A stretch of 56,365 nucleotides of DNA from Patescibacteria group bacterium (lineage in GTDB: Bacteria > Patescibacteriota > Patescibacteriia > UBA9934 > GWF2-40-263). The notes below the pieces were generated by a model, which was not told the origin of the DNA, searched no databases, and worked only from the letters and a program-made list of their open reading frames with translations. Where the stretch lies: contig JBBTRQ010000023.1 in assembly GCA_038065075.1 (NCBI GenBank), positions 1 through 56,365 of the forward strand, given 5' to 3'. Made by a program: the position numbers and the translations under genes. This document shows, one piece after another, positions 1 to 8,584 of this stretch. Position 1 is the first letter of the stretch. Every line of letters starts with the position of its first letter.

Positions 1-2028
1 CATGAGCAGTGTCGACTTGTTCACTTGATACGGGATCTCACTCACAATGATCGCAAAGTTGCCCTTGCTGTCCTCCACGATCTCGGTCTTGGCGCGCACA
101 ACCACACCGCCTTTGCCGGTGGCAAGCGCCGCTTGGATGTCTTTTTGGTTGTAGGCGATGGCGCCGGTGGGAAAATCCGGACACTGCACGATTTGCGCGA
201 GGTCGTCGATGGACGCGTCACGATTCTGAATCAGATGCAAAATAGCATTGGCGACTTCGGTCAGGTTGTGCGGAGGAATGTTGGACGCCATACCCACGGC
301 AATGCCGACCGTGCCGTTAATGAGCAGGTTGGGGAGCTTGGCCGGGAGGACTTTGGGTTCCTTGTGCGTGCCATCAAACGTGGGCATGAAATCCACCGTC
401 CCCTTCTCGATGTCCATGAGGAGTTCCTCGGAGATCTGTTCAAGTTTTGCCTCGGTGTATCTGTAAGCCGCTGCTGAATCGCCGTCGAGAGAGTTATGGA
501 CAAATACCCCGGATGCCAAACTGAAGTTGTGTGTTCCATCGATTGTGAGGTCGTACACATCCTCGCGTTGTTTCAGACATTCAACGGCAACGACCTTGTG
601 GTTGCCGTTCAAGCTTTGCAACACCAGTTCGGAATTATTTTGAAAATACTTCCGGAGTCCAGTCGTCCACAACGGTGCCTTACCGTATGGATACAGGCGT
701 GGTCGACAAAACTCATACGTATCGACCGTCAACTGGCCACAGTCCTCGAGCGCTTTACGGCAAATCGCCAAAAATTTGCGCTTGCCGGTCGAATTGGTCA
801 GGCGATTCCGATTGGCTTTGGTGATCCGTTCATGCATCAGGGTTTGATATTCCGGCTCCTGCCATAGCCGTTTGAGCCGTTCTGTCGTGCGTTGACCGAA
901 TGCTTTACCGAGTTCGGGGTGCGCTTGTTGATAGTCCTTATTGATCAGGCTCAACGCCTCGCTCTTCATCATCCGATAGTCCTCATCCTGCCAGTTTTTG
1001 AGATTCCTCTGTGACATCCGCTCACTCTGTCGCTGACGATTTGCCGGATCGCTCCAAAAGAGCTTCCGACCTGCTGCAATTCGCCGGCGATATTCCGGAT
1101 CCTGATGTTGCTTGGCCGCCTGAGAAAAATGAATCTGCCAATGCTCACCCCAATCTACACGACGGACATTATCAGGATTGTTGTTCAACTTGTTAAAATC
1201 GACGTGGTGTCGAACGCGTCCATTCGACTTCCTATAGACCGCCGCCGATAAATTGTAATTGTCGGCCAGATGATGCGCCGGCACCCACTCTCCCGTGGCG
1301 TTCTGCAGAATCAATAGGTACCCATCGCGGTTCAAACGATCGACCTTTTCCGACAAACGGGAATAAAGTGGCATGAGTGACGTCCCCGGGTCGAGCCGTT
1401 GTGCCTCACAATAAGAACCATTTTTCATCATGAAACGATGGTCCGGCGTGCAACGGATCTCTTCGCCGTTATCCAAGACGACCTTGACCAGCCTGGCGTC
1501 ATGTTTGGTCATCCGTGGGCGTTGGATCTTTGCCATGGCGATCAACCCCTTGCTGTTGATGGTATATGTATAGTTCGTTTTACCAGCCTCAAACTCTTCG
1601 ACCAGCGTCTCAAAACTGACGTCGCGACCGTCCGTCAACCGCACCTTTGTCTCTTTGGTGAAACAACCGAAGTTTCCCTGGCCGCGGATGAGTGGCATGC
1701 GCATGGAAAAATCCTGCGCCATGCGCACCAAGGAATCGTACACGGCCGAATCTCCGTGCGGATGGTATTTTCCCAGCACGTCTCCCACGACCGCCGCACA
1801 TTTCCTAAACTTGGCGCTACTGCGCAAACCCGTCTGCCACATCGAATACAAAATGCGTCGGTGCACCGGTTTGAGTCCGTCGCGAATGTCCGGAAGCGCG
1901 CGGCCCACGATGACGCTCATCGCGTAATCGAGATACGACGTTTGCATCTCTTCGACGAGACTCTGTGACACGATGTTGTCACTCGGAGCGTCTGGTGCTG
2001 ATTCGATAAAGGGTTTCTTCTTGGCCAT
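1..2028 (-). CDS. gyrA: DNA gyrase subunit A, N-terminal part (runs off left edge), interrupted by an intein
   Basis: Absent from the ORF track because no stop lies in the window. Minus-strand translation from ATG 2028-2026 gives [63 protein letters not shown] / intein / [39 protein letters not shown]. The frame stays open to position 1 (676 codons). Confidence 0.9.
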   Translation of the reverse strand, partial: MAKKKPFIESAPDAPSDNIVSQSLVEEMQTSYLDYAMSVIVGRALPDIRDGLKPVHRRILYSMWQTGLRSSAKFRKCAAVVGDVLGKYHPHGDSAVYDSLVRMAQDFSMRMPLIRGQGNFGCFTKETKVRLTDGRDVSFETLVEEFEAGKTNYTYTINSKGLIAMAKIQRPRMTKHDARLVKVVLDNGEEIRCTPDHRFMMKNGSYCEAQRLDPGTSLMPLYSRLSEKVDRLNRDGYLLILQNATGEWVPAHHLADNYNLSAAVYRKSNGRVRHHVDFNKLNNNPDNVRRVDWGEHWQIHFSQAAKQHQDPEYRRRIAAGRKLFWSDPANRQRQSERMSQRNLKNWQDEDYRMMKSEALSLINKDYQQAHPELGKAFGQRTTERLKRLWQEPEYQTLMHERITKANRNRLTNSTGKRKFLAICRKALEDCGQLTVDTYEFCRPRLYPYGKAPLWTTGLRKYFQNNSELVLQSLNGNHKVVAVECLKQREDVYDLTIDGTHNFSLASGVFVHNSLDGDSAAAYRYTEAKLEQISEELLMDIEKGTVDFMPTFDGTHKEPKVLPAKLPNLLINGTVGIAVGMASNIPPHNLTEVANAILHLIQNRDASIDDLAQIVQCPDFPTGAIAYNQKDIQAALATGKGGVVVRAKTEIVEDSKGNFAIIVSEIPYQVNKSTLLM
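493..1665 (-). mobile_element. GyrA intein (391 aa) with HNH-type homing endonuclease module
   Basis: Begins with Cys ([13 protein letters not shown]), has TPDH (block B), and ends [15 protein letters not shown] followed by Ser. Removing it rejoins GNFG|SLDGD. The centre carries [27 protein letters not shown] (HNH signature) plus degenerate PEY/R-rich repeats. Confidence 0.85.
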
Positions 2029-2067
2029 ATTCGATCCCCCTCCTTTTTAAGGAGGGGCTAGGGGTGG

Positions 2068-2385
2068 TTACTGGTCTTTTGCTTCTCCTTCCTGTCGCGC
2101 CTTCTCTGCATCATACCCAGCTTTCAGTGCGTCAAACGCGTCTGTTGCTTCCTGCACCTGTTCCTCAGGTTTGAGTTGCGCGTCTTCTATCTCCTCTGCC
2201 GCCCGATCAACCCCTGCCTCCACAGACGCTCGTAATGTGGGAACATCCTCAATGATGTCGCGAATCGTCACCATCCAACCAATCGCGATCACGATCACCG
2301 CGACGGCCATGAGAAGCCAGAACCAACGTCGGTGGGTCGCGCTCAGTGGTCGAAGGGAAATGGGCTTAGGACTCACCGTCTTCAT
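2068..2385 (-). CDS. small membrane-anchored hypothetical protein (105 aa)
   Basis: ORF track. One hydrophobic helix (WFWLLMAVAVIVIAIGWMV) followed by an acidic tail. No family recognised. Confidence 0.5.
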   Translation of the reverse strand: MKTVSPKPISLRPLSATHRRWFWLLMAVAVIVIAIGWMVTIRDIIEDVPTLRASVEAGVDRAAEEIEDAQLKPEEQVQEATDAFDALKAGYDAEKARQEGEAKDQ

Positions 2386-2386
2386 A

Positions 2387-3037
2387 TCATCTCGTAAGCG
2401 AGATGATGACCATATCGTCCTCGGGCAAATCCTTGCGGGTCACTTTATATTTATTCATATCCTCACGGCGGCACGTCCCGAAGGCTTTGCAAAATGCGTC
2501 GACAGTCCCCAGCTCCTCCTTGGCTCCCGCAACCGCATGCGTCATGGGAATGACCACGCGCGGTTCGATCTGCGAAATCACTTCGGCGGCGACTTTGGGA
2601 TCCATTACACGTCCGCCTCCGACCGGGATCATCAAGATATCGATATTCTCAAGCTTCTGAAGTTCCTCATCGGTCAACGCGCGATCCAGGGCTCCAAGAT
2701 GGGCCAGACGCATCCCTTCGGTCTCAATGCGAAAAATCAGATTCGGCACGGGTCTCCCTTTTTCTTCACGTTTGAGTGGCGCGGAAACACCGAACACAAA
2801 AACACTCCGGACTTCAAACTCGCCCGGGAGGTTAATGAGATAAGGATTGCCTGTGACGGCCTCAAGATTATTCGCGTCCTCTTCATCGTGTGACACCAGG
2901 AGCACCTCGGCCTCTAGCGTGCGGGGGAACCGCAGACCCGTCGAATTCTGGTAGGGGTCGGTCACGAGACGGACGTCAGCCCCGGCGGTTTTGGTTGTGA
3001 TCTCAAACGAAGAAAATCCGTTCCAAGAAATTTGCAT
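2387..3037 (-). CDS. MBL-fold/UPF0173-like metal-dependent hydrolase homolog (216 aa)
   Basis: Pattern VTDPY..LLVSHDEEDANN..IPMTH resembles UlaG/YtkL-type beta-lactamase-fold proteins. The start is preceded by the conserved leader GTAGTGAGCCTGTCGAACT. Confidence 0.55.
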   Translation of the reverse strand: MQISWNGFSSFEITTKTAGADVRLVTDPYQNSTGLRFPRTLEAEVLLVSHDEEDANNLEAVTGNPYLINLPGEFEVRSVFVFGVSAPLKREEKGRPVPNLIFRIETEGMRLAHLGALDRALTDEELQKLENIDILMIPVGGGRVMDPKVAAEVISQIEPRVVIPMTHAVAGAKEELGTVDAFCKAFGTCRREDMNKYKVTRKDLPEDDMVIISLTR

Positions 3038-3063
3038 AGTTCGACAGGCTCACTACAGGTAGC

Positions 3064-3750
3064 TTATTCTTCCTCAGAAAAGGTGTCCTTCCAATATTCG
3101 ATTTCTTTCTTGACGATCTCCAGCTCCGGATCAGGTTCGGTGATCAAAAAGCCTTCACGGAACCGCGACACCTTACCCTTGATTTCCGCCTGTTGGTTTT
3201 CGTCGCCGCCCTGCGCGAGCTGTTCAAGTTCAGCAATGGCTGTCTGAATCTTGTCCGCCTCCTGCGTCCATTTGTCGACAAGTGCCTGGTACTGTACGGC
3301 TTGCTCACCCACGCGATTTTTCAAAATCTCGGCGAGCTTGTCCTTGGCGACCAAGATCCCGTCTTCGACTTGGTAGCGTTGCTTGGCATCCAGGGACTCC
3401 GTAAACAAATCACTCGACACGAGGGCTTCCAAACTCACACCCGCGTCGAGGTGCGGCTTGATCACGCCACGAACCGTTTCGTCGACATGGTCTAGCACCA
3501 TCTTTTTGAGCATCTCCTCGGCGGTCGAGCTGGTCAGCTCTTCATACGCACGACGGTAGGGATACTCCTTCATGCCGATCGTATAGAACGCGTGCTTGAT
3601 CGCCGCCTCATCGAGCGCCTCATTTGTTGCGAGGTCATCGTGGATCCTCTGAGCCTCCTCTTTGATCATGGGAGGGAGCGTCGGCACAAAGTGCTTTATC
3701 GCGTACTGAAATTCTTCGAGCATGGACTGGTGTGGATGCATACTGGGCAA
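3064..3750 (-). CDS. hypothetical protein (228 aa, helical/coiled)
   Basis: Long clean ORF with backbone composition. No motif recognised. Confidence 0.55.
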   Translation of the reverse strand: MPSMHPHQSMLEEFQYAIKHFVPTLPPMIKEEAQRIHDDLATNEALDEAAIKHAFYTIGMKEYPYRRAYEELTSSTAEEMLKKMVLDHVDETVRGVIKPHLDAGVSLEALVSSDLFTESLDAKQRYQVEDGILVAKDKLAEILKNRVGEQAVQYQALVDKWTQEADKIQTAIAELEQLAQGGDENQQAEIKGKVSRFREGFLITEPDPELEIVKKEIEYWKDTFSEEE

Positions 3751-3752
3751 AG

Positions 3753-4136
3753 TTAGACTGATTCTGTGTGTAGTTTAAACCATTCTGCGATATCTTCAAT
3801 ATCCAACCTATCCACGACAATCTTCACAGCAAAATCTTCGATGCTCCGTCGTGGGCCATTGAATCGGTAACCGTTGAGTTGGAGAAACGTGATGGCTGTG
3901 CTCATTCCCGTGCGTTTATTCCCATCGACGAAGGGATGGTTCATCATGATCGAACGTGCGTAGACAGCGGCTTTCTGTAAAATCGTCGGGTAAAGCTCCA
4001 ACCCAAACGACGCCTGAAATGGAAGAGCGGCGGCGCTGCGTAGCGAGCTTAGTTCACGAATCCCGTCTGACCCACCCGTTCTACGGATAACGGCGGCGTG
4101 AATCAGCACCATGTGCGCGGCCGTAATCTGTTTCAT
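3753..4136 (-). CDS. doc: Doc/Fic-family toxin (127 aa from MKQITAAH)
   Basis: Fic/Doc motif HPFVDGNKRTG. ATG at 4136 lies 1 nt after the antitoxin stop. The longer 184-aa ORF in the track is an upstream extension. Confidence 0.85.
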   Translation of the reverse strand: MKQITAAHMVLIHAAVIRRTGGSDGIRELSSLRSAAALPFQASFGLELYPTILQKAAVYARSIMMNHPFVDGNKRTGMSTAITFLQLNGYRFNGPRRSIEDFAVKIVVDRLDIEDIAEWFKLHTESV

Positions 4137-4137
4137 G

Positions 4138-4377
4138 TTAACGGTCGGCCAGAGATTCAAAGTCCTCACGATAACGCTCAAGAACATCCAGAGCGATAGA
4201 GAGAACTTCTTTGTCACGTTCTGAGAGAGACACAACGGGTTTGATGGAGACCGCACGTTGTGCCTGATCAAATTCAAGCTCAACCTGGTCGCCGACATGC
4301 AGGCCAAGATTCTCCATCGCGCCTTTGGGGATAGTCACCGCAGCGGATGTTCCGACTTTGATAATTTTCTGTGCCAT
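4138..4377 (-). CDS. AbrB/SpoVT-fold antitoxin (Phd-like partner of Doc)
   Basis: MAQKIIKVGTSAAVTIPKGAMENLGLHVGDQVELEF is a swapped-hairpin AbrB/MazE signature. The gene is coupled to doc. Confidence 0.8.
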   Translation of the reverse strand: MAQKIIKVGTSAAVTIPKGAMENLGLHVGDQVELEFDQAQRAVSIKPVVSLSERDKEVLSIALDVLERYREDFESLADR

Positions 4378-4638
4378 ACTAATCCTATTCTAATGCAAAA
4401 AACCGCTCTCGTCAATTTTACAGCTATTTGTCGGAGACGGAGCCTACGACCTGGTTAGCGATTCTGCATCTCGTTGACATCATAACGAGCGCGACATACG
4501 CTGAGCTTCCTCGCTGGGACCCCCCACGAGACGTGGCAATCCAGCCACAAAGGCGCCCTTAAGTGACCTGATCGATCCGCTGCGGCTATCGAGCTTAGGC
4601 GGTCGAAAAAAGGTGTCACGCGGGGCAAGGAGACGTCG

Positions 4639-5859
4639 ATGGCAAGTGCAGACCCTGTTCGAGTGGATACGAAGCGCCTCCAGTGGCTCCTGGAGCGTGT
4701 GACTGCGGGAGCTGACTGGATCTCGGACGCGCAGGTGGAAGCCTTCGGCCGCAGGCCGGATGGTCCCATCATGCCCAGCTCGCACATCGTGCTGCGTAGC
4801 GTCCGGCTCCTCGAAAGCTACGGGATGGACGAGAACGGCAAGCCGTTCATCAGCCCCGTCACGAACGGACCGGAACTCCCGGTCGTGCAGGTCGCAGCTA
4901 ACCGCGCGGGGGAATGCTTCCTCCTGGCGCGCTGCGCGAGCGGCTACGTGATGGATACCTACGAGCTCGAGGCACCCAACCCCCAGACCATCCTGCACTT
5001 CGGCACGTACGGCCACGAGACCGCACGCGGACACGAGATCGCCACGTACGACCTGACCAGGGCGAGCATCCTGGGCTTCACGGCAGAAGGAGTGCCGGTC
5101 ATGTCCCAGTGGTCCAGTACGCTTGAAAAGGGGGAGGCCCCGCGTTCTTTCACGGGAGTCTGGCAGGGCGACCAGCTCATGGAACACGAGAGCACGAGCC
5201 CGTGGGAGTCCGTCGGCTTCGCGCGTGTCAGCTACGACGGGACGATCCTCTCGACGCTGCGCAACGTGCGTGACCACGCCATCCTGCGCAACGGCAAGGT
5301 GGTCGCTGGCTCGCCGCCCAACCTCGTCTCCATTGACGAGATGGCCGCGACCGCCAACGGCGAGATCTTCACCCTGTCGCGTCCCCACTCCAAAGTGCCG
5401 TACAGCCTGCTCCCGTTCTACGACGCGGTCTGGCAGCAGCCCCTCGTGGTGGGGCGTGGCGCCGAGCTCTTCGACCTCCTCTCCACGCGCCTGGGCGTGG
5501 TCGTGATCGGCAGCGACTACCGTCGTGTACACGCCTACGTTGTGGAGTCGAACATCATCGGTGGCCACTACACCGGCACCGTCATCCACCTGCACGACCT
5601 AGGACCCAAGGACGAGTACCGACGCGGGTACACGCCGCTCTCGGAAACCGACTGCGCCTATGTCCGCCGCTCGCGTGACGGGATGGAGCAGTGGGCGTTC
5701 CGACTGGGCGGCGAGGGCAATGCCGTCTTCTCCCACGGCCCCAGCTTCGACCGCGTGAGCGAACTCTTCCGCCACGGCGACGCCTTCCACTACTGGGCGG
5801 TCGCCGACCGCTACCTCCACCTGGTCAAAATTCCAGACGTTCCTGCGTCGAACCTCTGA
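4639..5859 (+). CDS. hypothetical protein (406 aa) in a GC-rich cassette
   Basis: Longest ORF of a GC-rich block; the 371-aa antisense ORF and several others are shadows. AAGGAG lies 6 nt before the ATG. No family recognised. Confidence 0.6.
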   Translation: MASADPVRVDTKRLQWLLERVTAGADWISDAQVEAFGRRPDGPIMPSSHIVLRSVRLLESYGMDENGKPFISPVTNGPELPVVQVAANRAGECFLLARCASGYVMDTYELEAPNPQTILHFGTYGHETARGHEIATYDLTRASILGFTAEGVPVMSQWSSTLEKGEAPRSFTGVWQGDQLMEHESTSPWESVGFARVSYDGTILSTLRNVRDHAILRNGKVVAGSPPNLVSIDEMAATANGEIFTLSRPHSKVPYSLLPFYDAVWQQPLVVGRGAELFDLLSTRLGVVVIGSDYRRVHAYVVESNIIGGHYTGTVIHLHDLGPKDEYRRGYTPLSETDCAYVRRSRDGMEQWAFRLGGEGNAVFSHGPSFDRVSELFRHGDAFHYWAVADRYLHLVKIPDVPASNL

Positions 5860-5894
5860 CCCTCTCTCCGGTGTCCCTCGCGACACCGGGCTCG

Positions 5895-5922
5895 CCCGCC
5901 ATAGCTTCACAGCGACGGCGGG
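5895..5922 (+). terminator. CCGCCATAGC..GCGACGGCGG hairpin element copy followed by a T-run (likely terminator of ORF 4639-5859)
   Basis: CCCGCCATAGCTTCACAGCGACGGCGGG followed by TTTTCATTTT. Confidence 0.55.
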
Positions 5923-6132
5923 TTTTCATTTTCCGCCCATTTGTCGGTGGCCCCGCCTACGACCTGGTTGAAACAACCTCATCCCAATCTATCGACGTAC
6001 CAGAAGATCCTCCCATCATTTGCGCGTGAGTCGCCGATACGTTCAGGAAAAAGAGAAGGGAGACGATGACGGTGATGGTTTTTCTCATATTGATGATGAT
6101 GTTGTGTGTGTTCTGACGGATCCGGAACGTGG

Positions 6133-7260
6133 TCATGTCGCCACGATTACCTGGGGCTTTTCAAGTTTGCCTTTGTATCGCGCGCCAATTTGCACCGTTC
6201 CAACCACAGATCGTGGCGCCACACCATATTGCTTTCCTGGTTTACCAGCCATGGCATGCTGATGACTGGGATCGAAGATGACGCCTCGTTTCGGAACAAG
6301 TAGTTCGATCTTCGCATCTGGCAGGAGTTTATTCAGGAGCGTTGTAACAGCCTCCAGCCACAATTCTCTTGTCTCATCCGTATAGTCTGGTGCGGATCCA
6401 TCTATGTGGGAAAAAAGATGATTCTCGTCCAGCGGTTCTGTATCGTTCAACTCTGCAAAACCACGACCAAGGCGTCTAAAAATATTCCCGATCATTGAGA
6501 TGTTGAGTGTTTTGTCTCTTGTCCAATCATCAAGTATGGGTTTCATGTCGATATCCACACCTTGCGCCGTAAGCCATTTCTCGGGAAAATCGAACGTCTT
6601 TTCCATATCACGAATGAGCTCTTTTTGTTCGGGTAGTAAATTGGCTATTCTCTCATATTGCTTAGCCATTTCAATATTTGTTTGTTTATGCGGTTGTGCT
6701 TCTACCACCTCATTGTCTGGCTCTGGCGCGTCTACACTGGCTTTGCTGCCTTCCCGGGTCATCATGTACCACTTGATCCATTGTCGCAGGTTGTCGACAT
6801 CCATCCTATCAATGACGGTTTTTCGGACGGTCGGATCCTCCTTGAACATACTAAGCAAGACTGTCCGATCATGTCCGGCAAGCTCTTCCATGATCTGGCG
6901 GCGTCCATCCTCATCCGCATTACGTCCATAGTGGCCTGCAATCCACCCACGCAATTTTTGATCGTCCATGTTTTCAACAATGGCATCCTGCAAGTCCGCT
7001 TCCTCTTCTATCAGCTCGATTAAATCTTGCCTCTCGTAGGCCGCAAGCGCCTCATCAATCTCATCTTGTTCTCGGTCAGGATTCGTCTGCTTTGGGTCGC
7101 TTCCCCTAGCTCGCTCCCCCGCGAATGTTTCTGGTCGCATAGATGTGTAGATAGAAGTTATCAGAGACCTCTGCAAAAGATCTGTGTAGTCATCTTGCTT
7201 CAACCATTCAATGATCTTAGCCAAGTCTGTGAGATAAAGCCAATGTCGTCTCCGCTTCAA
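6133..7260 (-). CDS. hypothetical protein with GrpE-like C-terminal domain (375 aa)
   Basis: The C-terminus AKIELLVPKRGVIFDPSHQHAM..VVGTVQIGARYKGKLEKPQVIV resembles the GrpE beta-domain (FDPxxHxA..GY..G..RPA.V.V). The long acidic N-terminus is unassigned. The ORF appears to begin with TTG, so the start is uncertain. Confidence 0.45.
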   Translation of the reverse strand: MKRRRHWLYLTDLAKIIEWLKQDDYTDLLQRSLITSIYTSMRPETFAGERARGSDPKQTNPDREQDEIDEALAAYERQDLIELIEEEADLQDAIVENMDDQKLRGWIAGHYGRNADEDGRRQIMEELAGHDRTVLLSMFKEDPTVRKTVIDRMDVDNLRQWIKWYMMTREGSKASVDAPEPDNEVVEAQPHKQTNIEMAKQYERIANLLPEQKELIRDMEKTFDFPEKWLTAQGVDIDMKPILDDWTRDKTLNISMIGNIFRRLGRGFAELNDTEPLDENHLFSHIDGSAPDYTDETRELWLEAVTTLLNKLLPDAKIELLVPKRGVIFDPSHQHAMAGKPGKQYGVAPRSVVGTVQIGARYKGKLEKPQVIVAT

Positions 7261-7317
7261 GGGTGTACGGCATGTTGGAGGCGAAACCTCCGCCCCGCTT
7301 AGAGATTCTGCATCTCG

Positions 7318-7346
7318 TTGACATTTTGCCTCCTCCTGGCTACACT
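7318..7346 (+). promoter_or_regulatory. sigma70-like promoter of rpsA
   Basis: TTGACA-17 nt-TACACT, about 85 nt upstream of ATG 7431. Confidence 0.5.
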
Positions 7347-7430
7347 CCCTCCGTCATTAATTACTTAACCCCGCGTGAGCCCTCCACCAAAGCCTTGGCG
7401 ACGGTGGACCGCTTGCCGGCATATTTTTAT

Positions 7431-8579
7431 ATGACACAGCAGACCCAGACAGCAGGATCCGAGTTCGAGACACTCATGCAGGAGGGCGGTTACTTGAATC
7501 TTCCTCAAGTCGGTGACGTCGTCACCGGCACGGTCATCGGCACAGGCCGACGGGAAGTGCGCATTGACCTCGCCGGTATCGCCACCGGCGTCGTGCGCGG
7601 CAAGGAACTCTTCGCGGAATCCAGCGAGTACGCCAACATCGAACCTGGCTCCCAGGTCGAGGCAACGGTCATGGAACTTGAAAATGAGAACGGCGAAATC
7701 GAACTTTCGTTCCGCTTCGCTGGACAACAGAAGGCGTGGGAAGAAATCCGCGCCCTGTTCACGACCGCCGAGACGATCGAAACGAAAATCCTGGAAGCCA
7801 ACAAGGGCGGACTCATCGTCCGCGTGGGAACCGTAAACGGATTCTTGCCCGTCTCACAACTTTCTCCGGAGCACTATCCACGCGTGAGCGGCGGGGACAA
7901 GAACAAGATCCTCGAGAAGCTCAAGAGCTACGTCGGCAGTAAAATGAAGGTCATCGTCTTGGACGCGAACGAGGCCGATGAGAAGCTCATCGTCTCAGAA
8001 AAAGCGGTATGGGAGGATCAACAGAAGAACGTGCTCTCGCAGTTTAAGGTCGGCAATACTGTTGAAGGCGAGGTGACCGCGCTGGCGGACTTCGGTGCCT
8101 TCATCAAATTCGGCGCGCTGGAGGGCTTGGTCCACATTTCCGAGATTGCCTGGCAGAGAATTGATCATCCGCGCGATCTCCTTAAGATCGGACAACAGGT
8201 GAAGGCGGAGATCATCGGCATCGAAGGCAGTAAAATCTTCCTCTCCATGAAGAAGCTCATCCGCGACCCATGGCAGAACGTCTCCGAACGCTACAAGGTC
8301 GGCGACACCGTGGAAGGAACCGTGCTGAAAGTAAACCCCTTTGGATTCTTCGTGGAACTTGATCCGGAAATCCATGGCCTCGCCCATGTCTCTGAACTCT
8401 CCGACAAGCCCGTCACGGACGTGACCCAAATTGGGAAAGAGGGTGAGCGCATGAAGTTCAAGATCGTTTCGATCGAACCCCAAGAGCATCGCCTGGGCCT
8501 CTCGGTCAAAGCCCTCACACAGACAGACACTCCCACTCCAGAAGAAGTGAAACCAGCCACTGAAGAAGTAGTCACATAA
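7431..8579 (+). CDS. rpsA: 30S ribosomal protein S1 (four S1 domains)
   Basis: Repeated S1 motifs (GDVVTGTV.., VEATV.., GNTVEGEVTALADFGAFIKF, GDTVEGTVLKVNPFGFFVEL). The start is set at MTQQTQ; the track ORF from 7263 runs through the promoter. Confidence 0.85.
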   Translation: MTQQTQTAGSEFETLMQEGGYLNLPQVGDVVTGTVIGTGRREVRIDLAGIATGVVRGKELFAESSEYANIEPGSQVEATVMELENENGEIELSFRFAGQQKAWEEIRALFTTAETIETKILEANKGGLIVRVGTVNGFLPVSQLSPEHYPRVSGGDKNKILEKLKSYVGSKMKVIVLDANEADEKLIVSEKAVWEDQQKNVLSQFKVGNTVEGEVTALADFGAFIKFGALEGLVHISEIAWQRIDHPRDLLKIGQQVKAEIIGIEGSKIFLSMKKLIRDPWQNVSERYKVGDTVEGTVLKVNPFGFFVELDPEIHGLAHVSELSDKPVTDVTQIGKEGERMKFKIVSIEPQEHRLGLSVKALTQTDTPTPEEVKPATEEVVT

Positions 8580-8584
8580 GGCTT

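Noticed and set aside
4424-4480. 18-aa minus-strand mini-ORF MSTRCRIANQVVGSVSDK inside the duplicated site, with a 35-aa counterpart at 7324
   Set aside because: The two copies diverge in frame and length right after the shared DNA. The ATG is simply the complement of the TTGACAT promoter box.
4455-5910. Many long ORFs on both strands (e.g. 4480-5595 minus, 371 aa; 5123-5506 plus; 5599-5910 minus) overlapping ORF 4639-5859
   Set aside because: These are shadow ORFs typical of GC-rich DNA. They are Arg/Ala/Gly/Pro-rich and lack SD sites and motifs. Only the 406-aa plus-strand ORF has an SD and a coherent composition. The same reasoning applies to the antisense ORFs in 17290-18330, 20298-21148, 37372-38126, 48922-49501, 50257-50901 and 53189-54732.
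7263-7430. N-terminal extensions of track ORFs: rpsA from 7263, tsaD to 17308, typA to 25299, ribE to 35295, arfB from 35269, doc to 4307, Nudix to 38013, GHKL to 13646
   Set aside because: The extensions run through promoters, repeat elements or foreign DNA and do not align with the family N-termini. Internal ATGs give canonical N-termini (MTQQTQ, MRILAIETS, MTQTTRDD, MYTGII, and so on).
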